From: the human T2T-CHM13v2.0 reference genome, Homo sapiens
Reading direction: 5' to 3' (one strand)
Length of the DNA: 64,000 bases
Assembly (NCBI RefSeq): GCF_009914755.1
Contig: NC_060925.1
A program made the translations under genes and the position numbers. The notes under the pieces are model-generated. The model saw only the letters and a program-made list of their open reading frames with translations. It ran no database searches and was not told the origin of the DNA. Positions 1-12,234 of the stretch are shown here, one piece after another (the stretch's first letter is position 1; each line of letters starts with the position of its first letter).

Positions 1-314
1 ATCCATCATGTACCTGTATATAATTACATACAGTTTTAGTTTTAATTAAAATCCATTCTTGTAAATTATTAAGTGAGCATAAAATAAGGCATAGCAGTGA
101 TTTTCATCACAATACGAGGAAAATTGAGGCATGGAAACTATTTTAAAATTCATATGGAACTCAAAAAGAACTTGCATAAAATCCTTGGGTTTAAAATATT
201 CTTTAACTTACCAAAAGGTGTTTTACATATGATGTTTCAAGAACATACCTAAAGAAAAGCTTGCTTATGTTATGAGGCAGAGGAGGGTGACTAAAATTAT
301 AATTTATTCCCTGT

Positions 315-420
315 GTGATGGGTTATTAGGTGCAGCACACCACCATGGCACATGTTTACCTATGTAACAAACCTGCACATCTTGCGTGTGTACCCCAGAG
401 CTTAAAAAAAAAACAATAAA
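315..420 (+). mobile_element. L1PA extreme 3'-end fragment with A-tail
   Basis: ggtgcagcacaccaccatggcacatgtttacctatgtaacaaacctgcacat...cttaaaaaaa is the primate L1 3' terminus. Confidence 0.85.
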
Positions 421-754
421 ATAATGTAAGAAATACATCCTTAATAGATGTTTATAATAGATATAAATACAGAAAGCTTTGATTCTCATGGACAAGCTTC
501 ATTTTGTGAGTTATGTTACTTAGACATAAGTAATGTAGAATTTTGTAGTTAATTTGTTTTGGGGGGATATTTTAAGCTATTGAGGTGGAGCACTTTGATT
601 TTTTTATGAATTTTTAAAATATTCTCTCAAGTGTTAAAACCTATTCTTTTCTAGAAGACAGCTTATTGCTTTGGAGATCAGTGTTGCTAGAGGTATTTTC
701 AGTCATAATCATCAAATATATATATAAATATTTATAATAACGGTTTGTCTGCAG

Positions 755-879
755 GTCAGTCGATGCATGCATCTTCTAATGGAGGTTCACATGCCACCAA
801 AAAGGTCCAGAAAAATCGAAATAATTATGCCTCAGTAGAATGTGGTGCCAAAATTCTAGCAGCTAATCCAGAAGCCAAG
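755..879 (+). CDS. SUCO: SUCO coding exon ([10 protein letters not shown]...ILAANPEAK; start of SUN domain)
   Basis: gcag| acceptor, |gtaggt donor; 125 nt, phase 1 to 0. Confidence 0.94.
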
Positions 880-1370
880 GTAGGTGTTTAAATATAAAAT
901 TTTGTATATATAGGAAATTAACGACTTTTTAAAATACAGGTTATTTGTTTACTGGGAACTATATTTTAATGTGAGATATTTTCCTTATTCACTAATAAAA
1001 GCAGAATATACTTTTCAAAACATTATCTTGTATGAATTCTTACTTATATTGGCTGATGTATTTTGCCCTGCATTTTTTAACTTTTAAAACCCGTATGAAA
1101 TTTTAAAAAGGAAATAACTAAAATATTATTTTTTTCTTTAAAGTAACAGGCATTGAATTTTAAATGTATCATTGTAACACTAATTTAATGCTGTTGCCGT
1201 GAATGGTGAATCTTAGCCACTTTTATGCTTTTTTCCCAAGTGAGTGTTTTAAAGTCTTAGGTGTACTTAAGATCTAAAAATACAGAAGTCCCAGAAAACT
1301 TTAAAGTTAAAATAAATACTTTCTTCATTATTCCTTAAGTAATTTGTTTCCTTTCCTCTTTTTAAAATAG

Positions 1371-1438
1371 AGCACATCTGCTATTCTTATAGAAAATATG
1401 GATCTTTACATGTTGAATCCTTGCAGCACTAAAATTTG
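1371..1438 (+). CDS. SUCO: SUCO coding exon (STSAILIENMDLYMLNPCSTKI)
   Basis: atag| acceptor after pyrimidine tract, |gtgagt donor; 68 nt, phase 0 to 2. Confidence 0.95.
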
Positions 1439-1529
1439 GTGAGTTATACACAATTTTAAAAAGTACATTCTACATATATATGCATATTATGTTAAGCTTT
1501 TACATTAGGGTTACATATAATAATTTAAT

Positions 1530-1811
1530 AAGCTTTTATGATTGATTAGTGCTGATACTATGCAAAACTGAGGACAAAATGCCTTCCTTTCCTTTTGAGG
1601 AGGTCACAAAAAGCAAAAAATGGCAGATCTGGTTAAACAATTATGAAATGGTATAAAAAGTACTGTTGAAAGGGTGTTATTGAAAGAGTGATGATGCGTA
1701 ACTGCAAGAGGAGATGAGAGAAGGCTTCCTGGAAGAGGTAATTCCTGAGCTGAATCTTGAAGGATTAATAGGAAGTGGCAGATGAATGAGGCAGAGGTAT
1801 TCAGGAACTGT
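1530..1811 (-). mobile_element. L2 fragment (host of the SVA insertion; probably continues after 3835)
   Basis: gaaggcttcctggaagaggtaattcctgagctgaatcttgaaggat resembles the antisense L2 3' region; boundaries approximate. Confidence 0.6.
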
Positions 1812-1824
1812 AAGAATAAGGGGG

Positions 1825-3790
1825 GTACTGCTGCCATCTCGGCACACTGCAGCCTCCCTGCCTGATTCTCCTGCCTCAGCCTGCGGAGTGCCTGCGATTG
1901 CAGGCGCGCGCCACCACGCCTGACTGGTTTTCGTATTTTTTTGGTGGAGACGGGGTTTCGCTGTGTTGGCCGGGCTGGTCTCCAGCTCCTAACTGCGAGT
2001 GATCCGCCAGCCTCGGCCTCCCGAGGTGCCGGGATTGCAGACGGAGTCTGGTTCACTCAGTGCTCAATGGTGCCCAGGCTGGAGTGCAGTGGCCTGATCT
2101 CGGCTCGCTACAACCTCCACCTCCCAGCCGCCTGCCTTGGCCTCCCAAAGTGCCAAGATTGCAGCCTGTGCCCGGCCGCCACCCCGTCTGGGAAGTGAGG
2201 AGAGTCTCTGCCTGGCCGCCCATCGTCTGGGACGTGAGGAGCCCCTCTGCCTGGCTGCCCAGTCTGGAAAGTGAGGAGCGTCTCTGCCCGGCCGCCATCC
2301 CATCTAGGAAGTGAGGAGCGCCTCTTCCCTGCCGCCATCCCATCTAGGAAGTGAGGAGCTTCTCTGCCCGGCCGCCCATCGTCTGAGATGTGGGGAGCGC
2401 CTCTGCCCCGCCGCCCCGTCTGGGATGTGAGGAGCGCCTCTACCCGGCCGCGACCCCGTCTGGGAGTTGAGGAACGTCTCTGCCCAGCCGCCCTGTCTGA
2501 GAAGTGAGGAGACCCTCCGCCTGGCAACCGCCCCGTCTGAGAAGTGAGGAGCCCGTCCGCCCAGCAGCCACCCCGTTTGGGAAGTGAGGAGCGTCTCTGC
2601 CCGGCAGCCACCCCATCCGGGAGGGAGGTGGGGGTCAGCCCCCGCCAGGCCAGCCGCCCCGTCCGGGAGGGAGGTGGGGGGATCAGCCCCCCGCCCGGCC
2701 AGCCGCCCCGTCCGGGAGGGAGGTGGGGGGGTCAGCCCCCGGCCCGGCCAGCCGCCCCGTCTGGGAGGTGAGGGGCGCCTCTGCCCGGCCGCCCCTACTG
2801 GGAAGTGAGGAGCCCCTCTGCCCGGCCAGCCGCCCCGTCCGGGAGGGAGGTGGGGGGGTCAGCCCCCTGCCCGGCCAGCTGCCCCGTCCGGGAGGTGAGG
2901 GGCGCCTCTGCCCGGCCGCCCCTACTGGGAAGTGAGGAGCCCCTCTGCCCGGCCAGCCGCCCCCTCTGGGAAGGAGGTGGGGGGGTCAGCCCCCCGCCCG
3001 GCCAGCCACCCCATCGGGAGGGAGGTGGGGGGGTCAGCCCCCTGCCCGGCCAGCCGCCCCGTCTGGGAGGGAGGTGGGGGGGTCAGCCCCCCGCCCGGCC
3101 AGCCGCCCCGTCCGGGAGGGAGGTGGGGGGGTCAGCCCCCCGCCCGGCCAGCCGCCCCGTCCGGGAGGGAGGTGGGGGGTCAGCCCCCGCCTGGCAAGCC
3201 ACCCGGTCCGGGAGGTGAGGGGCGCCTCTGCCCGGCCGCCCCTACTGGGAAGTGAGGAGCCCCTCTACCCAGCCACCACCCCGTCTGGGAGGTGTACCCA
3301 ACAGCTCATTGAGAACGGACCATGATGACAATGGTGGTTTTGTGGAATAGAAAGGGGGGAAGGGCGGGGAAAGGATTGAGAAATCGGATGGTTGCCATGT
3401 CTGTGTGGAAAGAGGTAGACACGGGAGACTTTTCATTTTGTTCTGTACTAAGAAAAATTCTTCTGCCTTGTGATCCTGTTGATCGGTGACCCTACCCCCA
3501 ACCCTGTGCTCCCTGAAACATGTGCTGTGTCCACTCAGGGTTAAATGGATTAAGGGTGGTGCAAGATGTGCTTTGTTAAACAGATGCTTGAAGGCAGCAT
3601 GCTCATTAAGAGTCATCACCACTCCCTAATCTCAAGTACCCAGGGACACAAACACTGCGGAAGGCCGCAGGGTCCTCTGCATAGGAAAACCAGAGACCTT
3701 TGTTCATTTGTTTATCTGCTGACCCTCCCTCCACTATTGTCCTATGACCCTGCCAAATCCCCCTCTGTGAGAAACACCCAAGAATGATCA

Positions 3791-3821
<31 letters not shown>
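1825..3821 (+). mobile_element. SVA retrotransposon (SVA_D-like or younger), 5'-truncated, sense to SUCO
   Basis: Alu-like domain (about 1825-2170), GC-rich VNTR, SINE-R (about 3290-3790), AATAAA 3790-3795, pure A-run 3793-3823; TSD AAGAATAAGGGGG at 1812-1824 and 3822-3834; no CCCTCT hexamer. Confidence 0.97.
2170..3290 (+). repeat. SVA VNTR (35-50 bp GC-rich units)
   Basis: repeating GCCCGGCCAGCCGCCCCGTCCGGGAGGGAGGTGGGGGGGTCAGCCCCCC and GGGAAGTGAGGAGC units. Confidence 0.95.
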
Positions 3822-3825
<4 letters not shown>

Positions 3826-4124
3826 ATAAGGGGGCAGTGCTAAAAAGGAGTATGTTTCTTCTGGGTGACTGTTAGATATTACAAGAAGAAAGATACAATG
3901 AGAGTAGGGGTGGAACATAAGCCTGGAGCATTCGTTTATCTATAAGTAGGCCATCCAGTGCTGTGTATACCCAGAGTGTTACATGTCATGGGTATTTATT
4001 TTCCGCCAATGCCATGCTATATGCAGTTTTATATTATGCACATGGAACCATGCTTTTAATTTTTTCCTAAGCAGCAATATTTTTGGCATCTTTCCATGTT
4101 AATAAATGTAAATCTTAGCATCAT

Positions 4125-4460
4125 TTTAAAAAAAAACAGCTTTATTGGGGTATAGTTGACATACAATAAATTGCATGTATAATAAACTACATGTCAAAGT
4201 GTATAATTTGGTAAGTTTTGACATTTATGTATCTGAAGCCATCACCACAATAAAGATAACAAACATATCCATCATTCCCAAAAGTTTCATCATACCTCTT
4301 TGTAATTTCTCTCAAACTCTCTTCCCCCACAGCAATTACAGATCTGCTTTCTGTTACTATAAATTAGTTTACAGTCTCTAGATTTTTTATGTAAATGAAA
4401 TGATAGTTTCTGGTACCAGTTTTAATGGCTGCTTAGTATTTCATTGTCTGGATGAACCAT
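4125..4460 (-). mobile_element. old L1M 3'-end fragment
   Basis: cagctttattggggtatagttgacatacaataaattgca...catatccatcattcccaaaagtttc typical of antisense L1MB/MC 3' end. Confidence 0.7.
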
Positions 4461-4987
4461 AATTTGTTAATTCTCTTTGCTAAATATTTAACTTGATTTC
4501 CCCCCCTGCCCTTATAGACTGTGTGTACTTCGATATAGCAAAATATATATACAAAGGTGGACATCTGAAGCCTTGAATCCTTAAGATAAATTTCTAAGAA
4601 CTAAATCGAAGACTATGATAACTTTTTAAGACAATGTATATGCCAAACTATCCTCTAGACTAGTCATTTTACACTATCACTGTCTGTTCTTAAGAAAGTC
4701 ATCCCTTCTCCAAGAATGAGTGTTATCTAAAAAAGGAATTTTTAAAAAAAAATGATGGAGCAAAATCAATATTGTTTTATTTACAGGTCTTTTCCCCCCA
4801 CTAATGGTATCCTTTGGGAAGTATTTAAAGATGCTTCTTATAGACAACTAAGGCTACATACCCTCCTCTTAACATTTTAATGAGTAACTCTTAATGGTAG
4901 TCTAATTTATGGAAACTGTTAATGTCATATTTAATATGAACTGTTATTTTGATTGGTTTAAGTAATTGTCTTTTGTTCTTTTTGAAG

Positions 4988-5095
4988 GTTTGTTATTGAA
5001 CTTTGTGAACCAATTCAAGTAAAACAGCTTGATATTGCAAATTATGAATTATTTTCTTCTACTCCTAAAGATTTTCTGGTTTCTATCAGTGACAG
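4988..5095 (+). CDS. SUCO: SUCO coding exon ([35 protein letters not shown])
   Basis: gaag| acceptor, |gtaaat donor; 108 nt, phase 2 to 2; SUN-domain ANYELFSS motif. Confidence 0.95.
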
Positions 5096-5309
5096 GTAAA
5101 TTCTAAAGCTGTTTCTATAGGGTCTATGTTGGATCTCTGAAAAAAAGAAAAACAAAAAAACAAAAAAGTGGGTCACATTTTGACTTCAGTCCATTTATTT
5201 TTTAAAGGTCAGTTTGTAATAACAACGATAATACGACTGTATTGTAGGCTCTTGTTAATCACTTACCTTTTACCTTCATTAGCTCATATGCTTTAAACAT
5301 AACCATATG

Positions 5310-5430
5310 ATATTATTCTCTTATAATGTGGGGAAACAGAAAAGGGGAGATTAAGTGCCTTGCCCAGGTCACATGACTTGTGAGTTTTAGAACCAAGATT
5401 CAGAACTACAACTCTGACTTCAAAGTCCTC
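5310..5430 (-). mobile_element. MIR fragment
   Basis: gattaagtgccttgcccaggtcacatgac...tctgacttcaaagtcc resembles the MIR core. Confidence 0.65.
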
Positions 5431-6614
5431 ACTTGCAGTCATTATGCTGTCTTGTTTCTAAACATTTCTTTTAAAAGTTGTTAAAAACATACATGTGTAG
5501 GTGCTTTATGAGGTATATTTTTATTAAAATATATTCTAAAACTTTTTTTGTACATGTGTGATTATAAAAGAAATAAATATATGTTGTGAGGAATTTGGAA
5601 TAGAACTGCATTTTGTCAACCAGAGATAGCCCTTATTAGCATTTTAATATATTTCTTCCAGTCTTTACTATGCACTTATTTATTAATTCTATAAAAATAT
5701 GTACTTTTACATCCTGGAAATACTCTTTAGTCTTTTACACGTATCATTTTTAATGTGTACACATTATTTTTTGTTCAACAGAGATGTGAAATCATTTCAT
5801 AAATACTTTTTGAGTGTCCACGATATGCCATGTAGGATGCTGTTTCTTTATGGAACTGTTATTTTGTCATTTAATCATTAAGGGTTTTCCTTGGTGTTTC
5901 TTCCTCCACCTCACACTCAGCACTGCATATATACAGTTTTTGAAATCGGTTCTCAAGACCTCTTGAGAATTCTGTTATTCTGCCGCTACCCTTGCTCAGT
6001 TCACTTCTTTTTCTCTCAGCTGCAATTTTCTTATATGTCAAATGAACATACACAGCTCTGATAAGTAAAGTGTATTTTTTTAACGTGGTGAGAGGGCTCA
6101 TTATTTTGAGGAGTTCTTATAATGTTTCAGTAAACAGATATAATAGTTTTAGACTTTTATATTAAATACCAAAGTCTCCTTTAAAGGGGAATAGATATGT
6201 CAAACTCAGATGTGGTTTTAAAAGTTTTTTCTTCCCATTCTCTTTCCACCAGTACTTGTATTTATACTTTACATTATTACACACATGTCAGTATGTGAAG
6301 AGCTGTGCCACCTTCTTCCAAGACAGTCTCTTGGTGACTTTCTGTTATAAAACCTCCTCCCAAACCCCAAGAAGTGGTACTGGTCCTACTTTTTGTTAAT
6401 GGTGTGATTTTTCAAGGCATTCTTTCCTGGTAAAGAGAAACCCGTCAGTTCAGTTGGAAAAGAAAATGTATTAAATGTATGTATTTATGTATTAAACTGT
6501 TAAGTCAGCGTGTTCACCTGGAAAGGAAAAAAATTATATTTTGAAAATATGATAGAACCTTTCAATATGTGGTTTATAATTTTTAAAAAAGAACATATTG
6601 CTTATATTTTTTAG

Positions 6615-6720
6615 ATATCCAACAAATAAGTGGATTAAGCTGGGTACTTTTCATGGTAGAGATGAGCGGAATGTACAGAGTTTCCCTTTAGATGAACAGA
6701 TGTATGCAAAATATGTCAAG
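6615..6720 (+). CDS. SUCO: SUCO coding exon ([35 protein letters not shown])
   Basis: ttag| acceptor, |gtaatg donor; 106 nt; inside ORF 6598..6816. Confidence 0.95.
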
Positions 6721-8635
6721 GTAATGTTTACACATACAGGACTATGTTCTATAATGAAAATATACGTGTTATTCACACTTTATACACCTCATCTTTTTAG
6801 AAATCAGAAAAGTTAAGAAATAGACTACACTATACCACTTAATAGATAATTCTTACTTGGGTATATTATTTCATGAATCAAATATTGCTACATTCCCTTT
6901 TGCATTGCTGGAAGCCTAGGCCAGTTTTTTTGTTATTTATGGCCCTGATAAAATTCCAAATTATAACTATTTAAGTTTTTTGAGTCTTTATGCAAAATGT
7001 CATCTTCATAGTATATTTCTTTCTATTTTGAAACTGAAATCATTGCTGGTCACTGAAGTCTTTAAAGCAGATGTAATTTCTTGTTAGACTCTGATTCTTA
7101 GACCATTTCATCTTTAACGTCCACTTATTTGGCATTGTTACAGCTTTTGTCTTTTTCTTTGTATAGCCAAATGAAATATTCTGTGTCCAAGTACCAATTG
7201 CAAATAAAATAGAGTTTTAAACACTGGTGTTTTATATTTCCACTGCTGCTTCTACCAACTAATTAAGTAAAATTATCACTTTTGAATTGGGTTAGACAAA
7301 ATAGGGAAAATTCTTACTCCTTCCTTTCCTCTTTTTTTTCTTTAAAATTATAGCCATACCTTAAAGTACTATTGAATTAATATTATGACATTTTTGGAAT
7401 GGCAGCAGTTCTAATTTCTATCCTTTCTTCTTTAAATGTGAGAACTTATAGCTACCTAATTTTGTCTTCTGTGATTTTACCATCTCTTTTTAAAGCATGT
7501 TTTAAATTGACTTCTATAAATAGGTAAACTTGTAGTATTCTTAATCTCAGTATAAAAATGCTAAATTCTATTTTTAAAATAAAGTTGATATTCTCAGTTA
7601 ATTCAAAATTATTAGTTCAAAAAAATTAAGGAATGTTTTCAATTCCTTCTAAAATGAGTACTGAAACAATTACTTAATTTTTTATACAGTACACTTTCTT
7701 CACTCTGAAGAGGCAAAAACGTTAAAAATCATTTGCTAGGTGATAAAATCGTATTTAATTTTGGAAGGATATTTTATTGGAAACATAAAGAATGCCTTAT
7801 AAAACTTTCCACCTTGTTCCTTTTATGGTGGGAGATTATACAGCATTTTAAATATTAGTTTTATAAAAAACCTTCTTTGGTAGAATTGAGTCTAAAGGCA
7901 AGAAACATTTACTTACAGCTCATGAAAAGCAGAGAAAAATTACTTTCTGATTTTCATTTTATGGTAATAATGTTATGTAAGTTTTTTACCTGGATGTTCC
8001 TTATCTTAAAATAACTACACCCAAATCTACTACTTTTTAATAGCATACATTCGAAAGGCCAATTGGTATATATCTTCCACTTCTGTAAGTTGTACTTGAA
8101 ATAACATAGCATACCAAAAATTCATACTTTCCCCGAAATAAGTTGTATATAATATACAAGTATAAATATCATTCCATAATGGACTGTTACCAATATGTAT
8201 ATGTGTAGAATATATATGTATATGTGCATATATATCAATATATAAATTCATATATGGATATATACTTGATACATGTCTGTAATACTTAAAGTAAAAGATT
8301 GTTTCTAGATACTGTTTATTAATTGCTTTTAGAATGCTTTCTATCTAACAGCTATATAAAATAACAGCAATGGCTTGTAGATTAGTTAACTTATAACCTT
8401 AAAGTTAATTTATTTCATTGCAATCATTTAGATTATACTCTCAGGTAGTGATGGCAAAAATTTAAATCATTGCTTTTATTTCTGCAAGGAATTAAGAATA
8501 CTACAGTGTTATCCATCACATGACATTACTCTCTATACTTTATACAACATAATTTACAAATATTTAAAGATGCTTATTGCATGATGTCTAGACTTTGGAA
8601 CTGATTTCTTTTTCTTTTCCTTTCTCTTGCTTCAG

Positions 8636-8656
8636 ATGTTCATCAAGTACATAAAG
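8636..8656 (+). CDS. SUCO: SUCO 21-nt microexon (MFIKYIK)
   Basis: long pyrimidine tract plus ttcag| acceptor, |gttagc donor; phase 0-0, frame-preserving; peptide matches recalled SUCO sequence. Confidence 0.88.
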
Positions 8657-8860
8657 GTTAGCAACCTTCTCTTTTGCACTATTAAATAACAGGGCATGGC
8701 GTATTAATGCATTACAAAAACTTTACAAGTATTGATTTTGGGGAAAATAAGGACTTTATAGAAATGTTTAGAAATGTTATAATGAAAAAACTGAGTATAT
8801 TGTTAGATAATCTTACATGCTCTCTGCTGGCTTCCCATTTTATGTGCTTTTATTCTTTAG

Positions 8861-8916
8861 GTTGAGTTGCTATCACATTTTGGATCAGAGCACTTTTGTC
8901 CATTAAGCCTTATAAG
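8861..8916 (+). CDS. SUCO: SUCO coding exon (VELLSHFGSEHFCPLSLI)
   Basis: ttag| acceptor, |gtaatg donor; 56 nt. Confidence 0.95.
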
Positions 8917-9394
8917 GTAATGCAGAACAAAATACATTTATTGAGTTTTTAAAAAAATTGATATACAAAATTTTCGATATATTTAAAGTGAAGAAATAAT
9001 TTTCTCTTACGTGAGTTAATACCATAGAAATAAAAACTGTGAAACCTTTCTTTTGAATGCATTTTGGAAAAATGTCAAAATATCCTCTTTTAAAAAAAAA
9101 ACCTCATTTTGTATATTTGTTTTAACTTGCTTGCTATTTTGCTATGATGATAATACACAGAAACGTTTTAGACTGATATGAAAACTCATCCATTTAAATG
9201 CCTTAAATAGATTAGTTTTACATTTTAATTGAAACAGTAGATGACTTAAATGTAAGGAGCAGCCATTATTTTTGAGTCCAAAAGCCAGTGGCCCTCAAAA
9301 TATGACCAAAGTTGATGTTTGTCATTTATTGTGAAGAGATTAGTCTTAACGAGTGTTTTGTTTTGGAAGTCTTTAATGAAATTGTTGTTGATAG

Positions 9395-9486
9395 GGTATT
9401 TGGCACTAGCATGGTGGAAGAATATGAAGAAATTGCTGATTCCCAGTATCACTCAGAACGCCAGGAACTATTTGATGAGGACTATG
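9395..9486 (+). CDS. SUCO: SUCO coding exon ([12 protein letters not shown]...FDEDY; end of SUN domain)
   Basis: atag| acceptor, |gtaagt donor; 92 nt; inside ORF 9312..9494. Confidence 0.94.
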
Positions 9487-10298
9487 GTAAGTGACATCAA
9501 ACAGATGACTGTTAGGTATATTTTTTTTACTTTTTAAAAATCGAATAGTAATGGGGGAGTATAGCTTACTTAAATCAATATGACTGTTGTCTTCAGGCTT
9601 TTGTTTTGTTGTTTTTAACTCTAATCAACTTTTACTTAAATCTGTTTTCTAATATGATTGCTTTGTATTCGTATTGCTTTCCAAGCTTATCTATCACTTA
9701 TTTGTAACTGAAACTCCCTTCTATAACATTAATGGTATAAATTATGATTATATCCCTATGCCAGGGCCAAAAATCTGTTAAACTCACAAGATACTGAAAT
9801 AGTAGAAATGAGCTTTAATGCCTGTGATTTCCCATGAGCCTAAGAGCAAGCACATTTTGGCTTCCTGTGAGCCATTGAGAAATCCTGTGACTCTAAAGAG
9901 TTAGAGGAAAGTTTTATGACACTCTCCATTTCCTCTTTAAGTCCTTATTTTAAGATGTGTTAAACTATTGTTTGAACAATCTAAATTTTCTCAAGAGTGA
10001 AATGAAGACATTGACTAAGAGTTGGTAAAGTATATTGAAAGCTTGAATAAAAACGTCTTATAAATGTGGTTAAAATTTTGGTAAGCATTACAGTTATTTT
10101 CCTTGGTTTATATTTGTTTGTTAAATGGTTTCTTAATCTTACATGCTTTTTGTGAACATGTTTTAGATATATGATTCATATTTATCATAAAATGTTTTAA
10201 ATGTCAGCTGACTTTGACAGGACATAATTTGAGCTTTTAAATATGTTACCATTGGAGCTAGATCTCAGCATAATTACTTTTATTTTCGTTTTTAACAG

Positions 10299-10364
10299 AT
10301 TATCCACTGGATTATAATACTGGAGAGGATAAATCCTCAAAAAATCTTCTTGGTTCTGCTACAA
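10299..10364 (+). CDS. SUCO: SUCO coding exon ([21 protein letters not shown])
   Basis: acag| acceptor, |gtgagt donor; 66 nt, phase 1-1. Confidence 0.94.
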
Positions 10365-11250
10365 GTGAGTATTTTGAGGATTTTCTATTCATTCTACTAC
10401 TTTTTCATTCTGACACACACAGACATTTTGTCATGGTATGGTTGAGGAGAATTCTCCCAGTGTTGAACTTTGAGTTGAAATAAAAGATACTGTCTTTTGA
10501 AAAGTATTTTTATAGAAATGCGATAAGAATATATGAAAAGAAAGAGGAGAGAGACAAATGCAATCGTAATAAAGGTGTTTCTTCTACTCTAATTAGGCGC
10601 TGACATTTTGGGACAGATTCCTTATAGTGAAGAAAGGGCTATGGATTTTCTTGGGGAAAGAATTATTAAAACAGTCATACCACAGTTAATCTATGGGTAT
10701 GGTTAGTTTGCCATTTAGTTACAAAATATAAAGGGTGCTCCTACCATCATGATAATGAATACCAATAAGAATACTAGTAATAATATACTCCTTGTAAACT
10801 AAGAAACAATGAATAAGATATACTGGTGCTTTAGTTTGTTGTTATTCCAAAGTCGAATCCCAACCTAGTGGTAGGCTCACTAAGGAGACTACTAGAAAGA
10901 CCATTACCTGACTGACACTTTATTTTTCATGGTTAGATTCTGTGTAGGTATATTTCAATGATGTTTTTGATTATTTCTGAAAAATGTAAAATTAACTACA
11001 AGTAGTTTTCTTTTTATTTGAAAATTATTAATCAAATTTAATAAAAACAAATCTTAGTAAAATCGAAGACTAGTTGCGTGTGCTTGTCACTTTTTGCTCT
11101 TAGTGAATTGAATTGTTGAATACCGATGTCTGTGAACATTGACTTTGTAAGTTTTTTAGCTATTCAACCAGTAGTCTAAATACTTAGGTTGATATTTTGT
11201 GTAGCCACAGTATATAGAGTTAAAATTACCTCTTTCATCTCTCCTTCTAG

Positions 11251-11324
11251 CCTTTTCTTTCTTTCTTTCCTTTCTTTTCTTTCTCTTCCTGCCTTCCTTG
11301 CCTTCCTTGCCTTCTTCCCCCTCC
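11251..11324. repeat. polypyrimidine simple repeat (CTTT / CCTTCCTTG)
   Basis: directly visible. Confidence 0.8.
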
Positions 11325-11910
11325 ATAGAAGAGTATAGACCTCAGTGGACTTTTTAGGGGATGGGAAAAAGAGTGTTAAAAATACCTGTAGAAGGAAAAT
11401 CTTTTGTGATTACAAAGTAATATTCAACTTTATTACATATCAGTTCAGTATATTTTGTTTTACTTTATTGCTAGGCTTCTGACTTTCTAGATATTAGTGA
11501 TTACTTTTAAATAGGATTCCTAGCTATCTAGTTATTGATATAAAAATAAGTCTTATTCACTGCTATGTGATGTATTTTTTAGGAGTGAAAGAAATGTCTT
11601 ATCTGTCTGGATATTAATGTTTTTGTTTCCCTTAATTTGCATTTTATATGTTACATAGTAGTCATTATTCTGCCATTTATGTAGCTCAGTAATGTTGAAT
11701 TAGCTCTGAGGAAGCATTATTATTTTATGGGGTCAGAAAATAGCCCCAGACTAAAAGATCTCTAGCTTCTGGTAGGTACTGGAAAAAAGAGGACACCTTA
11801 AGGAAATAATGTCTTATTGTAGTTTCAGATAAAGGAAAAGTGTGTTGATATTCTGGATTTTCTTGCTATATCTTCCTATGTGGTTAACTTCTAGATGCCA
11901 TTAAAACCTA

Positions 11911-12234
<324 letters not shown>

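Noticed and set aside
2584-3290. Regular repeats superficially like a CRISPR array
   Set aside because: Tandem SVA VNTR units without unique spacers, in eukaryotic DNA
1604-3791. Many overlapping Pro/Gly/Arg-rich ORFs
   Set aside because: All arise from the GC-rich SVA domains; no independent gene structure
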